Part shown: piece after piece, positions 1-9,979 of the stretch
Layout of the letters: each line of letters starts with the position of its first letter
How positions within the stretch are numbered: position 1 is the first letter of the stretch
Origin: Candidatus Fermentibacterota bacterium
Lineage (GTDB): Bacteria > JAFGKV01
Assembly (NCBI GenBank): GCA_016928395.1
Contig: JAFGKV010000186.1
Coordinates: 599 to 64,598 of the forward strand
Length of the DNA: 64,000 bases
Direction of reading: 5' to 3'
Made by a program: the position numbers and the translations under genes
Notes under the pieces: generated by a model
The model's database searches: none
What the model saw: only the letters and a program-made list of their open reading frames with translations
Told to the model about the DNA's origin: nothing

Positions 1-514
1 TGTCCAGAAGGCAGACGAGCACGCCGGATCCGGTATACCCCAGGGCATGCAGGTACGGCACCCTGATCTGGGCGAGTTGCGCCTCGGCGGCGCCGTAGTC
101 GGGCACTCCGCACCCTGCCCTGAGGGGCTCGGGGAAGCTGCGGACATAGCGAGGTATGGGCCGTATTCCCCAGACAAAGGGGAGCGCTGCCAGGCGATCC
201 AGCACCGGCCGGTCAGCCTCCACCGACACGGCGTTGAACCAGCGAGACCGGTGGCGTATCAGGGCGCCCCTCTCCGCCACGGCCTCCACATAGCGTTCAG
301 ATACCTGAAGATCCTCTTCATCGATGAGGCGTGCGGCCTCTCCTCGCACTTTGGCGCGTCTGGCCAGGCACCGAGCCGAGAGCGATGTCCGGGCGAGACC
401 GTCCGCATCGGCCGCCTCGCCTTTGTCCGAAAACAGAACCCAGCAAACCTCGTCCGCTCCAGTGGAGCTCGCCACAGCGGCACCAAGACACAGAATCAGT
501 AGCCACTCACGCAT
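1..514 (-). CDS. Subtilisin-like S8 serine peptidase, N-terminal part (signal peptide plus I9-like propeptide and start of catalytic domain). The gene continues beyond the window start.
   Basis: Reverse-strand reading from the ATG at 514, preceded by GGAGGTG, gives MREWLLILCLGAAVASS...RVPYLHALGYTGSGVLVCLLD, ending exactly at the Asp-Thr-Gly catalytic motif region of S8 peptidases. It is open to the window edge and is not in the ORF track because it has no stop. Confidence 0.6.
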   Translation of the reverse strand, partial: MREWLLILCLGAAVASSTGADEVCWVLFSDKGEAADADGLARTSLSARCLARRAKVRGEAARLIDEEDLQVSERYVEAVAERGALIRHRSRWFNAVSVEADRPVLDRLAALPFVWGIRPIPRYVRSFPEPLRAGCGVPDYGAAEAQLAQIRVPYLHALGYTGSGVLVCLLD

Positions 515-777
515 CGCGCACCTCCATGGAGGCAAGATAGAGGCCGCCTCCCAGGACGACAATGGGATCCCCAAACTACGGCGGCGGGCGTCCCGTCAAC
601 CATGCATGCCTTCCCCGCCCTGTTGGCCGTTCGAGGGCGTGCACTCCGGTTTATCGGTCCATTCATCCATGCGTGGATCCTTCGAACCCTCATCACGACT
701 CGATCCTTGACCGCGAGGCCCCCGGGCCGTCACTTGTCCCTCCGGCTGAGCGACCTCGCCCACAGAAAGGAGATGCC

Positions 778-2709
778 ATGATCCCGTCGATGGTGATACT
801 GATGACGCTGGTCTCGAACCTGACAGTACAACCCCCTTCGCCTGCGTTGCGCGCCCACGTGGCGCGCGCCAAAGAAGAGGCATACCGGGCCTCACGGGCC
901 GCCATTCCAGAGGAGCAGGTGAGGATCGCCGAGGAGATCGATGTTCGCCGATACGACATCGACCTGACGATTGACCCCGAGGCACGGCTCATTCGCGGAT
1001 GGGTGGGTCTGGCGGCGGAAGTGCTTGCACCGATATCCGCTCTCTCATTGCACATGAACAGCTCCTGGCTTGCCGTGGACAGCGTCTCGGGGCCGGTCGC
1101 GGGGTGGACCCACCAGGCCCACCTGCTGACTCTGCAGCTTGACCGATCCTTCGCCGCGGGCGAACGCGTAGATCTGACTGTCTTCTACCACGGCTCGCCG
1201 CTGTACTCCTCGTTCGGGATACCGTTCTTCGATCAACGCAACGGTGTTCCCCTCATCGCCACCCTCAGCGAACCCTTTGGTGCGCGCAACTGGTGGCCCT
1301 GCAAGGATCAGCCCGACGACAAGGCCGATACGGTCTCCATGACCGTGACCGTGCCCTCGGGCCTTACGGTCGCCTCCAACGGCCGCCTTGTGGGTATCGA
1401 CCTGGCGCCCAACGGTCGCACTCATCGGTGGATTGAGGAATATCCCATTGCGACCTATCTCGTGTCCCTGGCCATCAGCGACTACGTGGCGATTCAGGAA
1501 TGGTATCTCCCCGCCGGCGGGGATTCCGTGCCTGTGGTTCACTACCTCTATTCGGATCTCTCCGGCAATGCGGGGGCCTTCGCGGTGACGGTTCCTGCCA
1601 TGGGGGACCTGGCATCGCGGTTCGGGCCCTACCCGTTCCCCAAGGAGAAGTACGGTCACGCGCTCTTTCCGTGGGGCGGGGCCATGGAGCACCAGACCTG
1701 CACCACCATGGGGGAGCAGGCGGCGAACGGTGGATGGGAGTGGATCATCGTCCACGAGTTGGCTCATCAGTGGTGGGGAGACCTGGTCACCTGCGCCTCG
1801 TTCCATGACATTTGGCTCAACGAGGGATTCGCCACCTACAGTGAAGCACTCTGGCAGGAGGTGCAAGGCGGTATGCCCGCGTACCACGCTGCCATGGCCG
1901 GCAATGCCTTTTATGGCGGCGGGACGGTGTATGTCGAGGACCCCGAGACCGAGGATATCTTCCACTACGGCCTCAGCTACATGAAGGGCGCCTATGTGCT
2001 CCACATGCTGCGTCATGTCGTGGGCGACAGCGCCTTCTTCGATGCACTCCTCGCCTACCGCGAGCGATTCGCCTATGCCAGCGCCACCACCGATGGCTTC
2101 CGGCAGGTTGTCGAGGACGTATCGGCTCGTGATCTGGGCTTCTTCTTCGACCAGTGGATCTATGGATCCCGCTACCCGACCTACGAATACGGGTGGTCCT
2201 GCGATGCCGATGGGTCCGTGTGGAAGACTTCCCTGAGGATCCGCCAATCGCAGACGAATACGGGCTTGTTCACCATGCCGGTGGATGTGCGACTCACGCT
2301 GGATGACGGCACGACGGAGACGGAGATCTTGTGGATACAGGGTTTTGAGACCACGGCGGAACTCCTCACTGACGGGCTGGTTACGGCCGTGGAGCTTGAT
2401 CCCGAAAACTGGGTTCTCTGCCGCAAGACCGAAGTCCCGCTTCGAGGCGATGACTACCCCGGCCCCACCATGCTGACACTCCAGGGCCCTTGGCCGAACC
2501 CATCGACACACGGCGCCGGCCTCATCGCGTGGGCGCCCTGCAGCACGGAGTTGGTGATAGCGGATCTTCTCGGCCGCACGGTAATGAGCAGGCATCTGCA
2601 GCAGGGACGGCATGCGGTCAGGCTTGACCTGGAGGCCGGAGCAGGGGTGTATCTGGTGCGGTTGGTCGGATCCTGCGGCACGGCGACGCGGACAATGGTG
2701 ATCCGCTGA
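778..2709 (+). CDS. M1-family zinc aminopeptidase (aminopeptidase N-like) with a C-terminal T9SS-type (Por) sorting domain.
   Basis: GAMEH (GAMEN-like) and HELAHQWWG...NEGFATY (HEXXH-E) motifs. The C-terminal ~75 aa (WPNPSTHGAGLIAW...LLGRTV...GVYLVRL) fits the T9SS C-terminal-domain pattern. AAGGAG lies upstream of the ATG at 778; the in-frame 562-777 extension is low-complexity. Confidence 0.8.
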   Translation: MIPSMVILMTLVSNLTVQPPSPALRAHVARAKEEAYRASRAAIPEEQVRIAEEIDVRRYDIDLTIDPEARLIRGWVGLAAEVLAPISALSLHMNSSWLAVDSVSGPVAGWTHQAHLLTLQLDRSFAAGERVDLTVFYHGSPLYSSFGIPFFDQRNGVPLIATLSEPFGARNWWPCKDQPDDKADTVSMTVTVPSGLTVASNGRLVGIDLAPNGRTHRWIEEYPIATYLVSLAISDYVAIQEWYLPAGGDSVPVVHYLYSDLSGNAGAFAVTVPAMGDLASRFGPYPFPKEKYGHALFPWGGAMEHQTCTTMGEQAANGGWEWIIVHELAHQWWGDLVTCASFHDIWLNEGFATYSEALWQEVQGGMPAYHAAMAGNAFYGGGTVYVEDPETEDIFHYGLSYMKGAYVLHMLRHVVGDSAFFDALLAYRERFAYASATTDGFRQVVEDVSARDLGFFFDQWIYGSRYPTYEYGWSCDADGSVWKTSLRIRQSQTNTGLFTMPVDVRLTLDDGTTETEILWIQGFETTAELLTDGLVTAVELDPENWVLCRKTEVPLRGDDYPGPTMLTLQGPWPNPSTHGAGLIAWAPCSTELVIADLLGRTVMSRHLQQGRHAVRLDLEAGAGVYLVRLVGSCGTATRTMVIR

Positions 2710-2807
2710 GCAACCCTTGACAGGCCGGCCCTATACCATTCCATGATAAGGTTGCCTTGTTCTCTGTGGCGGTTTCCCCCGGCGATGCCGTCTTGAAAGG
2801 AGTATGC

Positions 2808-3209
2808 GTGAAGGATCCCGAGGCCCTGGCCATGGCCGCAGCCACCCTGGCGGCCGACGAACTGGCGACCGACATCGTGGTGCTCGATCTGCGCACCCTG
2901 AGCGATGTCGTCGACTTCTTTGTGATTGCCTCATCACCATCCGATATGCACCTGCACGCCATCGCCTCGGGCATTGAGGACGGTCTGCGCCACAAGGGGA
3001 CAGCGCCCCATCATAGGGAGGGCGGGGCCGGATCACGGTGGATCCTCTTGGACTACATCGATGTCATCGTGCATCTCATGCATCCGTCCATCCGGACATT
3101 CTATTCCCTTGAGGAGCTGTGGGGCGACGCGCCGACGAGACGCGTGGAAACGCGACGGCTCTCTTCGGAAATCTCCGACGGGATTGACCTTGATGATATC
3201 GACGCTTGA
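2808..3209 (+). CDS. rsfS: Ribosome silencing factor RsfS (iojap family).
   Basis: DIVVLDLR...SDVVDFFVIAS...LLDYIDVIVHLMHP...FYSLEELWGDA matches the RsfS signature. GTG start at 2808 preceded by AAAGGAG. Confidence 0.8.
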   Translation: MKDPEALAMAAATLAADELATDIVVLDLRTLSDVVDFFVIASSPSDMHLHAIASGIEDGLRHKGTAPHHREGGAGSRWILLDYIDVIVHLMHPSIRTFYSLEELWGDAPTRRVETRRLSSEISDGIDLDDIDA

Positions 3210-4836
3210 GCAAGTCGTAGACCTGCTCAAGCAGGAGATCGCCACTGCGGCGGGAGATGCCGCGGCAGATGTGGCCCCCGTCATCGAGCGGCCGAAGGAG
3301 GCGGGGCATGGTGATTTCTCCTGCAATATCGCGTTGCTGTTGGCCCCCAGCGTCGGAAGACCACCTCGAGATATCGCCCGCGACATCGTCTCCCGCCTGA
3401 GCATGCCGGCTGATACGGTGGAGGAGGTAGAAATCGCCGGGCCGGGATTCATCAACTTCACGCTCTCACCCGCGATGCTGCATAGAGGGCTTGTCGGTAC
3501 TTTGACCCAGGGTGATGCCTTCGGGACTCTCACCACCGGCGCTGGCTTACGAGCCCAGGTGGAGTTCGTGTCGGCGAACCCCACGGGTCCCCTCACCATA
3601 GGCCACGGTCGTCAGGCCGTGCTGGGCGACGTGGTCGCGCGTCTGCTGGCCAACGCGGGCTACAGGGTGGAGCGGGAGTATTACTTCAACGATGCCGGCC
3701 GCCAGATTGCCCTGCTGGGCGAATCGGTTCGAGCCCATTACCTGACCCAGCTTGGACAGCCTTCGTCGCCACCTGAAGGAGGGTATCAGGGAGACTATGT
3801 GGAAGAGATCGCGCACGCCTTTCGGGCCGCCCACGGCGACACCCTTCCACCCCCCGACATTGACGTCTTCTCCGAGTTCGGCACGATGTCGAACTTCGCC
3901 GCAATCCGTCGGACCTTGGATCGATTGCGGGTCTCGTTCGACTCCTACTACAGCGAGAGGAGCCTCTACGAAAGCGGCCGCATCAACGAGACCGTGCGCG
4001 CATTGCGGGAGGCCGGGCTTGCGTATGACAAAGACAACGCGGTCTGGCTGGCGGGGACGAAGCTACAGCTGGACCAGGATTGGGTCATGGTGCGCAGCAA
4101 TGGTGAACCGACCTATCGGCTTCCCGACATCGCCTATCACCGGCACAAGCTGCAGCGGGGATTCGATCTGATCATAGACGTGTTCGGCGCTGATCATCAT
4201 GCAACCTATCCCGTGGTGCTGGCCGCGGTGCACGCTTTGGGCGGCGATGTTTCCCGGTTCCAGGTGCTCATCCACCAGTTCGTCACGGTGAAACGCGGAG
4301 GCCAGGAAGTCCGGATGTCGAAACGATCGGGCGAGTTTTCGACCCTGGATTGGCTGCTAGACGAGGTGGGGGTTGATGCGGTTCGGTACTTCTTCCTGCT
4401 GCGCGTGCGCTCCAGCCATCTGGCCTTCGACATCGACCTGGCTCTCAAGCAGAGCGAGGAGAATCCGGTGTTCTATGTCCAGTACGGCCATGCCCGAACC
4501 TCAGGCATCTTGCGGTTCGCCTCCGAGCAGGGGTTCAACAGCGACGGTTTATTCGATCCAGGAATGCTGTCGCAACCGGAAGAACTTGCCCTGATCCGCG
4601 AGATCCTCCAGTTTCCGGAGATACTCCGTCAGGCAACGGAGTCGCTGGAACCGCAGAAGATCACTGTGTCTCTACGTAACGTGGCCACTGCGTTTCACCA
4701 GTTCTATCAGCATCACCGCGTCATCGGCGAGGATCGGGACCTCTCGCGGGCGCGGCTGGCCTTGGTCCGCGCCACCCGTATCGTTTTGGCGCGGGGTCTT
4801 TCACTCCTGGGCGTCACGGCGCCTGAACGCATGTAG
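3193..4836 (+). CDS. argS: Arginine--tRNA ligase.
   Basis: The N-terminal additional domain, FVSANPTGPLTIGHGRQAV (HIGH-region equivalent) and a length of ~548 aa are typical of ArgS. The ATG at 3193 lies just before the rsfS stop. Confidence 0.9.
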   Translation: MISTLEQVVDLLKQEIATAAGDAAADVAPVIERPKEAGHGDFSCNIALLLAPSVGRPPRDIARDIVSRLSMPADTVEEVEIAGPGFINFTLSPAMLHRGLVGTLTQGDAFGTLTTGAGLRAQVEFVSANPTGPLTIGHGRQAVLGDVVARLLANAGYRVEREYYFNDAGRQIALLGESVRAHYLTQLGQPSSPPEGGYQGDYVEEIAHAFRAAHGDTLPPPDIDVFSEFGTMSNFAAIRRTLDRLRVSFDSYYSERSLYESGRINETVRALREAGLAYDKDNAVWLAGTKLQLDQDWVMVRSNGEPTYRLPDIAYHRHKLQRGFDLIIDVFGADHHATYPVVLAAVHALGGDVSRFQVLIHQFVTVKRGGQEVRMSKRSGEFSTLDWLLDEVGVDAVRYFFLLRVRSSHLAFDIDLALKQSEENPVFYVQYGHARTSGILRFASEQGFNSDGLFDPGMLSQPEELALIREILQFPEILRQATESLEPQKITVSLRNVATAFHQFYQHHRVIGEDRDLSRARLALVRATRIVLARGLSLLGVTAPERM

Positions 4837-4849
4837 ACGAGGAGGAACC

Positions 4850-5716
4850 ATGCACCGTGTGGATCTGGCGGTGATCGGGGGGACCGGTCTGTACGATATG
4901 GATGTGGTCGAAGTGATCGACCGCATTCGTCCCCGCACCCCCTACGGTCCGCCGTCGGACGAAATCACCGTCGGCCGCCTCCACGGCCTCATGGTGGCGT
5001 TCCTTCCCCGGCATGGAAGAGGGCACCGTCTGCTGCCGTCGGAGATTCCGTACCGCGCCAACGTGTTCGCCCTGAAACAGTTGGGCGCAACCAGAGTGGT
5101 GTCTCTCAGCGCGGTGGGCTCCCTGAGCGACCGGCTCAAGCCTATGGATATCGCGGTGCCGGACCAGATAGTCGACAAGACATGGGGCAGGCCCTCGACC
5201 TTCTTTGGTGACGGTGTAGTGGCACATGTCGAGTTCAGCGCCCCGGTCTGTGCCACACTGAGAGCGGTCGCATCGGCGGCGGTCAGGCAAGTGACCGGCA
5301 CGGTCCACGACGGCGGCACCTATGTCTGTATGGAGGGCCCGGCCTTCAGCAGTAAGGCGGAGTCGCTGCTACACCGCTCGTGGGGTATGGATGTCATCGG
5401 GATGACCGCCATGCCCGAGGCGAAGCTCGTCCGTGAGGCCGAGATGTGCTACTGCCTCATCAGCCTCGTGACCGACTATGACGCCTGGCATGAGACCGAG
5501 GAGCCGGTTTCCGCCGACATGATTCTCACCTACCTGCGGAAGAATGCAGAGAATGCCAAAGCCATCATCAGCGCTATGGCGGATAGTCTTCCGGCGGGCC
5601 GAAGCTGTTCGTGCGGCACGACCTTGAGCCGCGCGTTGGTCACAGACCTGACGAGAGCCCCCTTCAGCACCGTGGAGCGCTTGCGGCCGCTCCTGGCCCC
5701 CTACTTGAAGGCTTAG
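4850..5716 (+). CDS. mtnP: S-methyl-5'-thioadenosine phosphorylase.
   Basis: Purine nucleoside phosphorylase family II fold with AVIGGTGLYD, LPRHGRGH, PSE...RANV, GMT..PEA motifs typical of MTAP. Confidence 0.85.
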   Translation: MHRVDLAVIGGTGLYDMDVVEVIDRIRPRTPYGPPSDEITVGRLHGLMVAFLPRHGRGHRLLPSEIPYRANVFALKQLGATRVVSLSAVGSLSDRLKPMDIAVPDQIVDKTWGRPSTFFGDGVVAHVEFSAPVCATLRAVASAAVRQVTGTVHDGGTYVCMEGPAFSSKAESLLHRSWGMDVIGMTAMPEAKLVREAEMCYCLISLVTDYDAWHETEEPVSADMILTYLRKNAENAKAIISAMADSLPAGRSCSCGTTLSRALVTDLTRAPFSTVERLRPLLAPYLKA

Positions 5717-5720
5717 CGGG

Positions 5721-6680
5721 ATGATACGGCAGGAAGGGTGCGCACCACTGCTAGTGGTAGGGTCTGTTGCCCTTGATTCAGTCACGACTCCGTTTGGCGA
5801 AGCGACGGACATGCTGGGGGGATCTGCGGTGTATTTCTCTCTGGCTGCGTCGCTGTTCGTACCGGTGAGCATCGTGGGCGTCGTTGGTGCCGATTTCTCA
5901 ACCAGTCATCTTGACCTGCTCCGTGCGAGAGGGGTCGACACCCAGGGGCTCCAGCAGATGCCAGGGTCGACGTTCCGATGGGGCGGGCGGTATGGCTATG
6001 ACCTGAACCAACGGGATACTCTGTTTACCGAACTCAATGTCTTTGAGCATTTCAGGCCATCAATTCCGGAGTGCTACCGGGATACCCCCTTTCTCTTCTT
6101 AGGCAATATCGATCCCGAGCTTCAGCGGATGGTCTTGGACCAGATTCATTCCCCCGTTTTGGTGGCGGGCGATACCATGAACTTCTGGATCGAGGGCAAA
6201 CGCGAGGCGCTCATGTCGGTGGTGGCCCGCCTCGATGTGCTGATGCTCAATGACAGCGAGGTGCGATTGCTCACCGGCGAACCAAACTTGGTTCGTGCCG
6301 CCCGTCAGGTGCTGGTTCGTGGCCCGAAAAGCGTCGTGATCAAGAAGGGTGAACACGGCGCCATGATGCTCATGCCCGAGGGATGCGTGTTCGCGCCGCC
6401 GTTTCCCCTGGAGTTGGTGGTAGATCCCACAGGCGCTGGGGATTCCTTCGCCGGTGGATTCATGGGGTATCTGGCATCCTGCCAAGTAGTCGGGGAGGCC
6501 GAACTCCGGCGCGCCGTGATGTACGGCTCGGTGGTCGCATCGTACAGCGTCGAAGATTTCGGCGTGCGACGACTGGCGTGCTTGACTCGTGAGGAAGTCG
6601 AGGGGCGTGCCGTCGAGTTCGGAAGAATGACGGTCCTTGATCTCTCTCGCAGAGAACAGGGCCTTCCGGAGACCGACTGA
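5721..6680 (+). CDS. PfkB-family carbohydrate/nucleoside kinase.
   Basis: Ribokinase-fold signature DPTGAGDSFAGGF near the C-terminus and the N-terminal GG dipeptide region. Substrate unknown; it sits next to mtnP. Confidence 0.8.
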   Translation: MIRQEGCAPLLVVGSVALDSVTTPFGEATDMLGGSAVYFSLAASLFVPVSIVGVVGADFSTSHLDLLRARGVDTQGLQQMPGSTFRWGGRYGYDLNQRDTLFTELNVFEHFRPSIPECYRDTPFLFLGNIDPELQRMVLDQIHSPVLVAGDTMNFWIEGKREALMSVVARLDVLMLNDSEVRLLTGEPNLVRAARQVLVRGPKSVVIKKGEHGAMMLMPEGCVFAPPFPLELVVDPTGAGDSFAGGFMGYLASCQVVGEAELRRAVMYGSVVASYSVEDFGVRRLACLTREEVEGRAVEFGRMTVLDLSRREQGLPETD

Positions 6681-6821
6681 GCGGCACGACACCGTCCATT
6701 TCGAATAGCCCGGAGGGCTCGACTGCCTCGAAGGATCGGCTCATTCCGCGCATGAGTGAGGACGGCGCAAAGCATTCTGCTCCAAGAGCATCCCACAACC
6801 TCTCTGCTCCGAGGAACCACA

Positions 6822-8321
6822 ATGCTTCTTCGTGATGGGTTGAACCTTCGGGTGGTGACCCTGCTGGTCTTGTCTGCCGCAGCGGTCACCCTGTCGTTTC
6901 CGCGCACAGCCCTCTACGCTTTGGTCTTCGTCGCGCTTGCCCCCACTCTGTTCGTATGCCACGGAGCCCGCGCAGGCGCCGTGTTCGCCTTTCGGGCGGG
7001 ATGGGCCATGGGGTTTTTGGCCCACATGGGCACGCTCTGGTGGATCGCGCGGCTCTATCCCACGGAGATCACGTATCCCTGGTTACGGCTTCCCATCCTG
7101 ATTCTCTTGGCAGCCTTCGAGGGGTTATTTTACGGGCTTGCATTCCTGGGATGGAACGCCGCCTCCCGCCACGGCCGGTGGTGGCTGTGGCCCGGAGTCT
7201 GGGTTGTCACGGAGTATGCCCGGTCTTTGACGACATTGGCATTCCCATGGACGGTGCTGGCCAATACCTTAACCGCACAACCGCTGCTCCTCCAGCCGGC
7301 AGCCGTGGGCGGCGTCTGGCTTCTAGACCTGGGCCTGGCTGCCGTGAACATGCTGGTCTTCAAGGCTGTGGAGCGGCCCCGGTATGCCGCCGTCGCCGCC
7401 GGGCTTCTTGCCTGCTGGATCGGGGGGAGCATCCTATCCATGGACACCGAGGCAGGCTCCGTGGATGTGGCAATCGTTCAGCCCAATGCACTCCCCGAGT
7501 TCAAATGGCATCAGGGGGGCAAAAGCCGCGTATTGAGCGATCTGGAAGCGCTTTCCTTCGCCGCCGCGGAGTCCTTACGCGATGCCCGCGCGCCGCTTTT
7601 GATTTGGCCCGAGACGGCCCTGCCTATGGTGGTGCGCCCCGGAGGAAGCGCCGAGTTCTGGCTGGCGCGCCTTGTGGATGAGCTGGGCATGCCCCTCATT
7701 ACGGGGGCCCTGGGAACCTCATACCATCGAGGCCAGGATCTTCTCACCAATGCGGCGGTGGCGGTGATACCCGGACGCGGAATCGTCGGGCGCTATGACA
7801 AGCTCCACTTGGTACCGTTCAGCGAGAAGATGCCGTTCTCCGACACCTTTCCCGCCATGAAGAACATCAACTTCGGCCAGGGCGACTATGCACCCGGTAT
7901 CGAGTCGGTCATGCTGGAGGCCGGCGGCATACGCGTCGGCGTACTCATCTGTTTCGAGGCCATCCTTCCTGCACTCGTCCGCCAGCATAGTGACTCCGGG
8001 GCCGAGCTGTTCGCCAACATCACGAACGACTCCTGGTTCGGGCAGTCGGGTGCACCGGAGCAGCATGCATCTATCTCGATTCTCCGGGCAGTGGAGCACC
8101 GGAGGTGGCTCGTACGGGCAGCCAATACCGGCCTGAGCATCATTGTGGATCCGTGGGGCCGGGTGATACGGCGCGGCGGGATGTTCCGCCCAGAAGTGAT
8201 CACGGGTTCGGTGCGGCCGCGCAGCGATCGCACGGTCTACGCCCGCACGGGCGACTGGGCCGCCTGGCTGGGCATCCTGGCCGTCGCGTGGGTTGCCGTT
8301 GAAGCATGGATCCGCCGATGA
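6822..8321 (+). CDS. lnt: Apolipoprotein N-acyltransferase.
   Basis: Multi-TM N-terminal half followed by a CN-hydrolase domain (WPE, LICFE motifs). GAGGA lies upstream of the ATG at 6822; an alternative upstream ATG at 6756 is less likely. Confidence 0.85.
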   Translation: MLLRDGLNLRVVTLLVLSAAAVTLSFPRTALYALVFVALAPTLFVCHGARAGAVFAFRAGWAMGFLAHMGTLWWIARLYPTEITYPWLRLPILILLAAFEGLFYGLAFLGWNAASRHGRWWLWPGVWVVTEYARSLTTLAFPWTVLANTLTAQPLLLQPAAVGGVWLLDLGLAAVNMLVFKAVERPRYAAVAAGLLACWIGGSILSMDTEAGSVDVAIVQPNALPEFKWHQGGKSRVLSDLEALSFAAAESLRDARAPLLIWPETALPMVVRPGGSAEFWLARLVDELGMPLITGALGTSYHRGQDLLTNAAVAVIPGRGIVGRYDKLHLVPFSEKMPFSDTFPAMKNINFGQGDYAPGIESVMLEAGGIRVGVLICFEAILPALVRQHSDSGAELFANITNDSWFGQSGAPEQHASISILRAVEHRRWLVRAANTGLSIIVDPWGRVIRRGGMFRPEVITGSVRPRSDRTVYARTGDWAAWLGILAVAWVAVEAWIRR

Positions 8322-9013
8322 GCCGCCCACGCATCCTGCTGACCAGTGACCGCGCCGTGGTGGGGGATCCCCCGCGCTTGGCCGACTTTGTCAACGCAGT
8401 GTATACCGAGGCTGTAGAGCGTGCCGGTGGACTGGTCACGCTGCTGCCCGCTGGCGATATCCATCGTGTGGCCGAGGCGCTAACCCACGCTGACGGCGTC
8501 CTCCTGACAGGAGGCCCGGACTACCGCAGAGCTGGTCTTGATCCCCATTCACGATATTGCCACACGCACCGCGAGAAACGTGATCTCGCGCTGTGGCCAC
8601 TCCTGGCGGAGCGATACCATGCTGTTCTGGGAATCTGTTTGGGCATGCAGCTCATGACGTTAGGAGCTGGGGGCGCATTGTACCAGGATCTTCCATCCCA
8701 AGCTCCTGATGCCGGGCTTCACCGAGGTACGCACCACCGCGTACGGCTGCGCCCCGACAGCAGGTTGGGAAGACTCCTCGGAAACACGATACTCGTCAAT
8801 TCCCGGCATCACCAGGCACTGAAACAGCCCGGCCACGGCTTCGTTGTCGCAGGATGGGCGACTGACGGCCTTGTCGAGGCCATTGAGGCTCCCGGACAGA
8901 GGTTCCTAGTCGGCGTGCAGTGGCACCCGGAAGGCATGCGCAGAAGCGCCCCTCAGCAGCGGCTCTTTCGCGCCTTCGTAGAGGCTTCGGGCAACGGTGG
9001 AAGATGGCCGTAG
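8318..9013 (+). CDS. Class I glutamine amidotransferase-like hydrolase (peptidase C26 / gamma-glutamyl-GABA hydrolase PuuD family).
   Basis: GICLGMQ nucleophile elbow and VQWHPE motif. The ATG at 8318 overlaps the lnt stop (ATGA). Confidence 0.75.
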   Translation: MSRPRILLTSDRAVVGDPPRLADFVNAVYTEAVERAGGLVTLLPAGDIHRVAEALTHADGVLLTGGPDYRRAGLDPHSRYCHTHREKRDLALWPLLAERYHAVLGICLGMQLMTLGAGGALYQDLPSQAPDAGLHRGTHHRVRLRPDSRLGRLLGNTILVNSRHHQALKQPGHGFVVAGWATDGLVEAIEAPGQRFLVGVQWHPEGMRRSAPQQRLFRAFVEASGNGGRWP

Positions 9014-9786
9014 GCGACGATCTTCTCGCCGCAGTCCAAGAGGTGGCCCGGGAGGCGGGAGATCTCCTAAGGCGCTCGTTTCGGCGACCCATGAGTATTT
9101 CGTATAAGGGACTCGCCAATCTAGTGACCGACGCCGACACCGCCAGTGAACGCCTCATCCGCACGGGACTCGAGCGCATACTGCCCGGCGTCTCTTTCCT
9201 CGGCGAGGAGAGCGGGGGAGATCTGTCCGTTTCGGGCCAGACCTGGGTCGTGGACCCCCTGGATGGAACCACCAACTTCGCGCACGGCTTCCCCTGGTTC
9301 TGTGTCAGTATCGCCCTGGTCGAGGAGAGCCAGCCTCTCCTGGGCGTGGTGTACCACCCCATGATGGACGAGTGTTTCATCGCCCGAAGGGGTAGTGGTG
9401 CGTTCTGCAATGGTCAGCGTCTTGCGGTTTCCACGATTCCCAGCGTGGCTGAGTCGCTCCTGACCACCGGATTCTACTATCACAAGGGTGATGAGTTGTC
9501 GCGCCAAGTCACCCTATTTCATCGCATTCACCAGAAGGCCCAGACAATCCGACGGCCGGGCAGCGCCGCCTTGGATCTTGCGTATGTGGCCGCTGGGTAC
9601 TTCGATGGCTTCTGGGAGAAGGGCCTTGCCCCGTGGGACGTAGCCGCGGGCTTCCTGCTGGTGCGCGAGGCCGGAGGAGTGGTCACGGACTACGCCGGTG
9701 CACCGGTGTCCGTCGACACGGCCGAGACGCTTGCCACCAACGGGCTGATTCACCATGCCTTGAGAATTCTCCTCCGCGGTACGTGA
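9004..9786 (+). CDS. Inositol monophosphatase family protein (SuhB-like).
   Basis: EESG, WVVDPLDGTTNF and AAG...D motifs of the IMPase/FIG family. The ATG at 9004 overlaps the previous gene's end by 10 nt. Confidence 0.8.
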   Translation: MAVGDDLLAAVQEVAREAGDLLRRSFRRPMSISYKGLANLVTDADTASERLIRTGLERILPGVSFLGEESGGDLSVSGQTWVVDPLDGTTNFAHGFPWFCVSIALVEESQPLLGVVYHPMMDECFIARRGSGAFCNGQRLAVSTIPSVAESLLTTGFYYHKGDELSRQVTLFHRIHQKAQTIRRPGSAALDLAYVAAGYFDGFWEKGLAPWDVAAGFLLVREAGGVVTDYAGAPVSVDTAETLATNGLIHHALRILLRGT

Positions 9787-9979
9787 AGAAATCCGCGGGC
9801 ACGGGTCTTGCCTGTGTCCCATGTGTGGGGCTCTGGACGGCCTGCAAAGTGAGAGGTAATTCGAAACACGACCGCATTGGTCAGTGGTGCCGTGGGTGCG
9901 GCAGGAAAGGAGGCATGTTCGGAGACGGCGCGTTCCGGTGACCCTGCGTTGCATACCGTGTTCTCCAGGAGGTGAAACA

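Noticed and set aside
562-777. 5' extension of the M1 aminopeptidase ORF (tracked ORF starts at 562).
   Set aside because: The extension translates to a Pro/Arg/Gly-rich low-complexity peptide. A good AAGGAG RBS precedes the ATG at 778, and a plausible N-terminus starts there.
1045-2613. 522-aa minus-strand ORF antisense to the aminopeptidase gene, plus other long antisense ORFs throughout (for example 24388-25351, 55416-56057, 58301-59275).
   Set aside because: These are shadow ORFs typical of 67% GC DNA. They have no recognisable motifs and Arg/Gly/Pro-biased composition, and they overlap well-supported genes on the other strand.
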